The notes below the pieces were generated by a model. That model was not told the origin of the DNA. It ran no database searches and saw only the letters and a program-made list of their open reading frames with translations. This document shows, in pieces, positions 59,295 to 64,000 of a stretch of DNA of 64,000 nucleotides (position 1 is the first letter of the stretch; each line of letters starts with the position of its first letter). The stretch covers positions 96,001-160,000 of the forward strand of contig OZ243961.1 of the NCBI GenBank assembly GCA_965214605.1. Direction: 5' to 3'. The position numbers were made by a program, and so were the translations under genes. The stretch comes from an uncultured Candidatus Binatia bacterium (GTDB lineage Bacteria > Desulfobacterota > Binatia > Bin18).

Positions 59295-60317
59295 TTAATG
59301 TAACCCCGGCATTACCTCTTTGGCAAACAGCTCCATCGACTGCTGACTCTTGGTCGGATCCAAGCCGGGTAGATGCATGCCCATGACGATATGGGTCGTC
59401 CGGATAGTGTTGGTCATACTTTCGATCTCGCGGCCGACTTCTTCTGGGGTGCCAACAAGTGGTGCGCCGATGAGTTGATCGGTGACATTGCGCAGTTCTG
59501 AGGCGGGCGGGAGCTGGGCGAATTTTTCGGCTCCGGCAAAGTCTTTGGCCTCGGCCAGCCAGCGGCCGTACCAGCTCAACATATAGTGCAAGTGGTCTTG
59601 GACGTTGTCCCAGGCTTGATCGTGGGTCGAGCCGACGTGTACCCAGCGGAGCTGGGCAGCGTGAAAATCTTCGGGGTCATGGCCGTGAGTGCGGAGCGCA
59701 CTGTCGTAGATGTCTTGGGCGGTAGGATCCGAAGTCCCCAAGAAGTGGCACCCCATCCGGGCTGCCCGCTCAACGGCTTTTTTCTGCCCAGCTCCAATCC
59801 AAATTGGCGGGTGCGGGGTTTGGGCCGGTTTAGGCACTAAACTGATGTTCTTCAAGTCGTAATGTCGGCCTTGGTAGGAGAACGGATCTTGGGTCCACAT
59901 GCCCCGAATAACCTCAATGCCTTCTTCTAGCCGCGAGGCACGCTCTCTGCGGGGAATGCCGTAGCCCTCAAACTCTGAGGGGGCATAGCCCTGTCCGAAG
60001 CCCATATCAAAACGACCGTTGGAGATAACATCGACGGTCGCCGCATCTTCGCCAACCCGCACGGCGTTGTGCAAGGGGAGTAGTAACAGAAAGGTGCCGA
60101 TCCGCACCCGGCTCGTCATGGTCGCAATCGCGCCAGCAATTGGCAGCAAGGATGGCGAATAGCCGTCCTCGGCAAAATGGTGTTCGGTTAGCCAAATGGT
60201 GTCATAACCGAGTTCCTCGGCAATCTGGGTCTGTTTGAGCTGTTCGGCGTAGAACTCGGGGAAGGGTTTGCGCCACTGGGGGGGATTGCGAAAGGGAAAC
60301 AGTAAGCCAACGTCCAT
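59295..60317 (-). CDS. LLM-class flavin-dependent oxidoreductase
   Basis: WLTEHHF, EDAATVD.ISNGRF.MG.GQGY, PKPAQTPHPPIW. Confidence 0.93.
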   Translation of the reverse strand: MDVGLLFPFRNPPQWRKPFPEFYAEQLKQTQIAEELGYDTIWLTEHHFAEDGYSPSLLPIAGAIATMTSRVRIGTFLLLLPLHNAVRVGEDAATVDVISNGRFDMGFGQGYAPSEFEGYGIPRRERASRLEEGIEVIRGMWTQDPFSYQGRHYDLKNISLVPKPAQTPHPPIWIGAGQKKAVERAARMGCHFLGTSDPTAQDIYDSALRTHGHDPEDFHAAQLRWVHVGSTHDQAWDNVQDHLHYMLSWYGRWLAEAKDFAGAEKFAQLPPASELRNVTDQLIGAPLVGTPEEVGREIESMTNTIRTTHIVMGMHLPGLDPTKSQQSMELFAKEVMPGLH

Positions 60318-60377
60318 ATCATCCTCCTTCAGCTTGGAGACGGTCTGTGAGATACTGATCCGTCCGCTGTTCTGAGC

Positions 60378-61349
60378 CTAGCCGCCGAAATAACTCTTTG
60401 GGTTCTCAACTGTCATGGCTTGGATTGTGCCTTCGCTGACCCCGGCTTTACTCAGGGTTGGAATAATGTTTTTCAGAATATGGGTGTAGTTGTTGTTGGG
60501 GCAGGCGGCCACAAAATCGTCCCAGGTTTTGCTGGGCCGACCCATCAGACAGTGTACGGCGTCATGGGAGAGCATGATCCGGTCATAGCCGACCGCCAAT
60601 AATCCAATCAGGGAGGCGAGCCGCATTTTATCCGGTGCAATCACGTCGATTCCAAACCGGTCAAAGCCCAACCATGCCCCGCGCTCCAAAATATCGAAGT
60701 AATAGCGCATATTGCCGACCCCGCAGGCGTGACCGATCAACACCCGGTTAAAATCGACCCCTTCCTCTTCAAACACGTCTAGCGTCTCACGACCGAACGG
60801 TCCAAGTTCATCGTTGTGGCACAGAATCGGAACACCGGTCGCGGTGTGCGCCCGGGCGGCGGCGCGCAAACAGTTCTCCTCGTGTTTGCCAATCGTGGTG
60901 GCGGTTTCGGTCATCCCTGGAATTCCGCCTGTAGCGGTCTTGATCAGGCCGGCTTTGATCCCCGTTTTATCCATCCCTTCGGTAATCTCGCGAACGTAAA
61001 CCTCGGCAATGTCGTCGGGCGCCAGACTGCGGAAGTGGGGTGGGATCCCCAGCGCTTCGTTGTAGAGGCCGGTCGCCATAATAACGTTTAGGCCGGCTTT
61101 TTCTGCGCATTCCGCGGCAAACTCAGGATCGCGGCCCAGCTCCATGGGACACGGGTCAACAAACGACGTGACACCTAGAGATTTGATCTCTCTCAGTTTT
61201 TCGACCGCTCCGGCGATCTCTTTTTTGCGGTCAAAGCGCCAGTTATCCCACTCATAACCGGGGAAACCAACAGTGAGATGTTCGTGGATGAGGGTGAAAC
61301 CTAGATCGTCCGTTGTTTTATCGCCCAGGACTGTTTGAACCGTTGCCAT
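60378..61349 (-). CDS. Phosphotriesterase-related lactonase family protein
   Basis: LGFTLIHEH, GRD, ATGLY, IKTATG, CHN, IGHA, FDRFG, LSHD. Confidence 0.92.
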   Translation of the reverse strand: MATVQTVLGDKTTDDLGFTLIHEHLTVGFPGYEWDNWRFDRKKEIAGAVEKLREIKSLGVTSFVDPCPMELGRDPEFAAECAEKAGLNVIMATGLYNEALGIPPHFRSLAPDDIAEVYVREITEGMDKTGIKAGLIKTATGGIPGMTETATTIGKHEENCLRAAARAHTATGVPILCHNDELGPFGRETLDVFEEEGVDFNRVLIGHACGVGNMRYYFDILERGAWLGFDRFGIDVIAPDKMRLASLIGLLAVGYDRIMLSHDAVHCLMGRPSKTWDDFVAACPNNNYTHILKNIIPTLSKAGVSEGTIQAMTVENPKSYFGG

Positions 61350-61498
61350 ACGTTGCTCCTTTCGTCTGGTCGCTCTCCGCCAGATCATACATGCCTCGAT
61401 TTCAACCGCAAGGAGCCGGCGTGTGCTCAGTCCTTGCCGAGAGCCAGGAGGATGGCCATAATAATAGAACCCACAATGTCAGCTCAGGAGTAAACTTC

Positions 61499-62734
61499 AT
61501 GCCAGTCCCCTCAACTGAACGACAGCAACGCTTCCTTGATATCGCAGCCGCCCACGCCAAAGACTTTAAAACACGTGTTGCCGAACACGACCGTGACAGT
61601 AGTTTCCCGCACGAGAACGTCGAGGCGATGAAAGCGTCCGGTTATACGGCGTTGATCGTCCCCGAGGAGTTAGGTGGGGGAGGGGCTAGCCCGCTAGACG
61701 TTACGCTGGCCCAAGAACGTCTGTCCCAGGGTGACCTACCAATGGCGATCGCGGTGAATATGCACCATATTGTTGTTGCCCTGCTAGCCGACCTGTGGCG
61801 CCTCAATCAGCGGGGCGAGGGTCCCCAGCTGGACGCGACTGAAAAGCTGCTCCGTGCAACGGTCAGTGAAAAGCTTATCTTTTGTGGACCGGTCAGTGAC
61901 CCCAAGATGAACAGCTCAATCGGCTTTGCCGGGATCAACGATACGACCCGCCGAGCGACTAGGGTGGACGGCGGCTATCGACTTAACGGCCGCAGCGGGT
62001 TTGGCACGATGTCCGCGGGGGCGGACTATGTCCTGACCACTGCCCGCTGTGATGACGACGATCCGGATAAGGGGCCGCAGTGTCTGCTGTGTTTCTTTGA
62101 GGCTTCGGCCCCGGGCGTCCAGGTTCAGGACAACTGGGATACGATGAGTATCCGTTCGTCGCAGAGCAACGATGTGGTCTGGGACAATGTGTTTGTGGCG
62201 GACGACGCGGCGGTGCTACGCCCAGCCCAGAGCTGGGATGTCTTGGCTAATATCACCGCCTCGTGGTGGGTCGCCTCAGGCCCGGCCTGTTACCTCGGGC
62301 TGGCCCAGGCCGCGCGGGATTATGCCATGGACTGGGTGTCGGGGCGGAGCCAAGAGCCGTTTGAGCAGCCGATGACCCACTATCCCAGTAACCAACTGTT
62401 GGCGGCCGAGATGGAGATTGGTCTGCGCTCGGCACGCGCCATGCTGTATCAAGCGATTGCCCCCCACGCCGATCTAGGCCTGCGTATTCAGGACGACTTA
62501 GTCGGCCTGATCTCGTGCTATCAGTTTGTGATGGAGAGCTGTGTGCGGGTAGTGGATCAAGCCATGCGTATGGTCGGTGGCGCGGCCCTGTTCAAGAAGA
62601 ATCCGCTCGAACAGATGTACCGTGATGTCCGGGCCGCCGTTATTCACCAGCCATTTGCCGGTCTGGACGGCAAGGCCTTGCTGGGTCGGCGGACCTTTGG
62701 GTTGCCGGTCTACACCCGACCGCGTTTTATTTAG
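61499..62734 (+). CDS. Acyl-CoA dehydrogenase-fold protein (possible flavin monooxygenase)
   Basis: HDRDSSFP, VPEELGG, NMH, DNWDTMSIRSSQSND, LEQMYRDVRA. AGGAG precedes ATG 61499. Confidence 0.88.
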   Translation: MPVPSTERQQRFLDIAAAHAKDFKTRVAEHDRDSSFPHENVEAMKASGYTALIVPEELGGGGASPLDVTLAQERLSQGDLPMAIAVNMHHIVVALLADLWRLNQRGEGPQLDATEKLLRATVSEKLIFCGPVSDPKMNSSIGFAGINDTTRRATRVDGGYRLNGRSGFGTMSAGADYVLTTARCDDDDPDKGPQCLLCFFEASAPGVQVQDNWDTMSIRSSQSNDVVWDNVFVADDAAVLRPAQSWDVLANITASWWVASGPACYLGLAQAARDYAMDWVSGRSQEPFEQPMTHYPSNQLLAAEMEIGLRSARAMLYQAIAPHADLGLRIQDDLVGLISCYQFVMESCVRVVDQAMRMVGGAALFKKNPLEQMYRDVRAAVIHQPFAGLDGKALLGRRTFGLPVYTRPRFI

Positions 62735-62778
62735 AGCACAAATGAGCGAGCAAAAGACACAGAATTAAGGAGGAAGCT

Positions 62779-63111
62779 ATGGCAGACACCGCAGCGGTTG
62801 TCAGCGCGGCCCGGGAAAAAGCGCGCAAGGTTGCCCCTAAGCTCATAGAACTGAGTGAGAAGGTGGTGTATGGCGACGTCTGGGAGCGAGCGGGTTTGTC
62901 CAAACGTGACCGGAGTTTGATTACCGTCGCCACCCTGATGTCGCTGTACCGGCCCGAGCAGCTGCGCCTCCATTTGCAACGCGCCCTAGATAACGGCGTG
63001 ACCCAAGAGGAAATTGGAGAACTCATTACCCATCTGGCGTTCTACTCTGGTTGGCCGACCGCAATGACCGCGGCCACGCTGGCCAATGAGGTTTTTGAGG
63101 CCCAAGATTAG
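62779..63111 (+). CDS. Carboxymuconolactone decarboxylase family protein
   Basis: YGDVWER.GLSKRDRSLITV..HLAFYSGWP. Confidence 0.92.
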   Translation: MADTAAVVSAAREKARKVAPKLIELSEKVVYGDVWERAGLSKRDRSLITVATLMSLYRPEQLRLHLQRALDNGVTQEEIGELITHLAFYSGWPTAMTAATLANEVFEAQD

Positions 63112-63125
63112 CGGCCGGGTCAATA

Positions 63126-63177
63126 GAGGCCAAGAGGGCAGCCTAGCCTCGGGGGCCGGGCTACCTTTTGGCTCCTC
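63126..63177. terminator. Possible hairpin between convergent genes
   Basis: GCCAAGAGG...CCTTTTGGC imperfect stem; no clear U-tract. Confidence 0.3.
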
Positions 63178-63262
63178 GTCACGAGGTACGCCCCGGCCGC
63201 TATCAAGCGGGGTGCCCCGGTCGAGAACGGACTGCGGGCAATGGTTGAGGAATGGGCACGTT

Positions 63263-63838
63263 TCAGCGGCTTCGTCCCATACTATAAAACTCGTCGTTGG
63301 GCCGCATGTCGGTCAGGTGTGCCATTCGGTTAGACAGGGCAAAGAAGGCGGCAATGGCACCGACATCCCAAATGTCCTCCTCGCTCAGGCCGTGGCGCTG
63401 GAGCTGGGCGCGGTCGGCGTCCTCAATCTCTTGGGGCCGCAGGGCGATTTTTACGGCGAAATCGAGCACCGCGCGCTGACGTGGCGTGAGATCGGCCCGG
63501 CGATAATTGACCGCAATTTGGTCGGCGATCAGAGGATTCTTTTCGTAAATCCGTAGAATCGCTCCATGCGCGATCACACAGTAGTGACAATCATTGGCGG
63601 CGCTGGTGGCCACGACAATCATCTCTCGTTCGGCTTTTGACAGGCCACTGTCTTTGAGCATCAGGGCGTCGTGATAATCAAAAAACGCCCGGAACTCGGC
63701 TGGCCGGCGGGCTAGAGCTAAAAATACATTAGGGATAAACCCGGCCTTGGCCTGCACCTTGGTGATCCGGGTACGGATGTCTTGGGGTAAATCTTCCAGC
63801 CGGGCGACTGGGTAACGGCTAATCGGACGGTCTGACAT
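63263..63838 (-). CDS. Peroxidase-related AhpD-like enzyme
   Basis: GFIPNVF, EREMIVVATSAANDCHYCVIAHGA (CxxC), LSNRMA. Confidence 0.93.
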   Translation of the reverse strand: MSDRPISRYPVARLEDLPQDIRTRITKVQAKAGFIPNVFLALARRPAEFRAFFDYHDALMLKDSGLSKAEREMIVVATSAANDCHYCVIAHGAILRIYEKNPLIADQIAVNYRRADLTPRQRAVLDFAVKIALRPQEIEDADRAQLQRHGLSEEDIWDVGAIAAFFALSNRMAHLTDMRPNDEFYSMGRSR

Positions 63839-63863
63839 AGGCGGGTGCCCTTTCGTTAGAGTC

Positions 63864-64000
63864 TCAGTTCTTGTCGGTCACAAAGGTCACCACTTCGATG
63901 CGATTACCGTCGGGGTCGCGGATAAACGCGGCATAATAGCTGTCGTGGTACTCGGGCCGAAAACCCGGCTCACCATCAGACTGCGCTCCGGCTTGCAGGG
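63864..64000 (-). CDS. VOC/glyoxalase family protein, C-terminal part (runs off the window)
   Basis: Manual translation: DGEPGFRPEYHDSYYAAFIRDPDGNRIEVV..*. Confidence 0.85.
   Translation of the reverse strand, partial: LQAGAQSDGEPGFRPEYHDSYYAAFIRDPDGNRIEVVTFVTDKN

Noticed and set aside
58916-59386. 156-aa plus-strand ORF
   Set aside because: No RBS or family motif, and it overlaps the LLM 3' end.
1-64000. tRNA, rRNA, tmRNA or RNase P genes and island att sites
   Set aside because: No recognisable signatures seen by eye; tRNAscan-SE and Infernal would be needed to exclude them.

Overview
This is GC-rich bacterial DNA with no rRNA, tRNA or cas gene that I can see. Family assignments come from motifs read in the translations and recalled family consensus; no database search was run. 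The window has four blocks. (1) 1-6.9 kb is a stress/hypoxia-like cluster: three CBS proteins, two universal stress proteins, an aspartoacylase-family enzyme, a quinol-dependent NO reductase, and a small zinc-ribbon protein whose N-terminus closely resembles the F1-ATPase inhibitor IF1. (2) 6.9-25.9 kb holds catabolic/redox genes, a STAND-type ATPase-TPR protein lacking its cyclase domain, a probably secreted ankyrin-repeat protein, and a 783-bp near-perfect inverted duplication (15113-15895 / 22370-23152). (3) About 25.9-46.1 kb is a decaying defence/mobile island. Broken genes include two type I RM remnants, MmeI-like and type ISP remnants, an integrase and several toxins. Intact genes are XRE-ImmA/IrrE, a FitAB-like pair, a 1700-aa exonuclease-RecQ-UvrD fusion, Mrr, two HigA, and an ABC-ATPase + DUF4276 pair between hsdS and hsdR. 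The island also contains a 29-bp/32-bp/29-bp repeat-spacer-repeat unit. (4) 46.2-64 kb holds hydrolases, flavin and Rieske oxygenases, a thiolase, a PTE-like enzyme and AhpD-like genes. The pseudogenes appear to carry an A:T->C:G-skewed substitution pattern. Gene content is reminiscent of sponge-associated Binatota/deltaproteobacterial symbionts (inference only).
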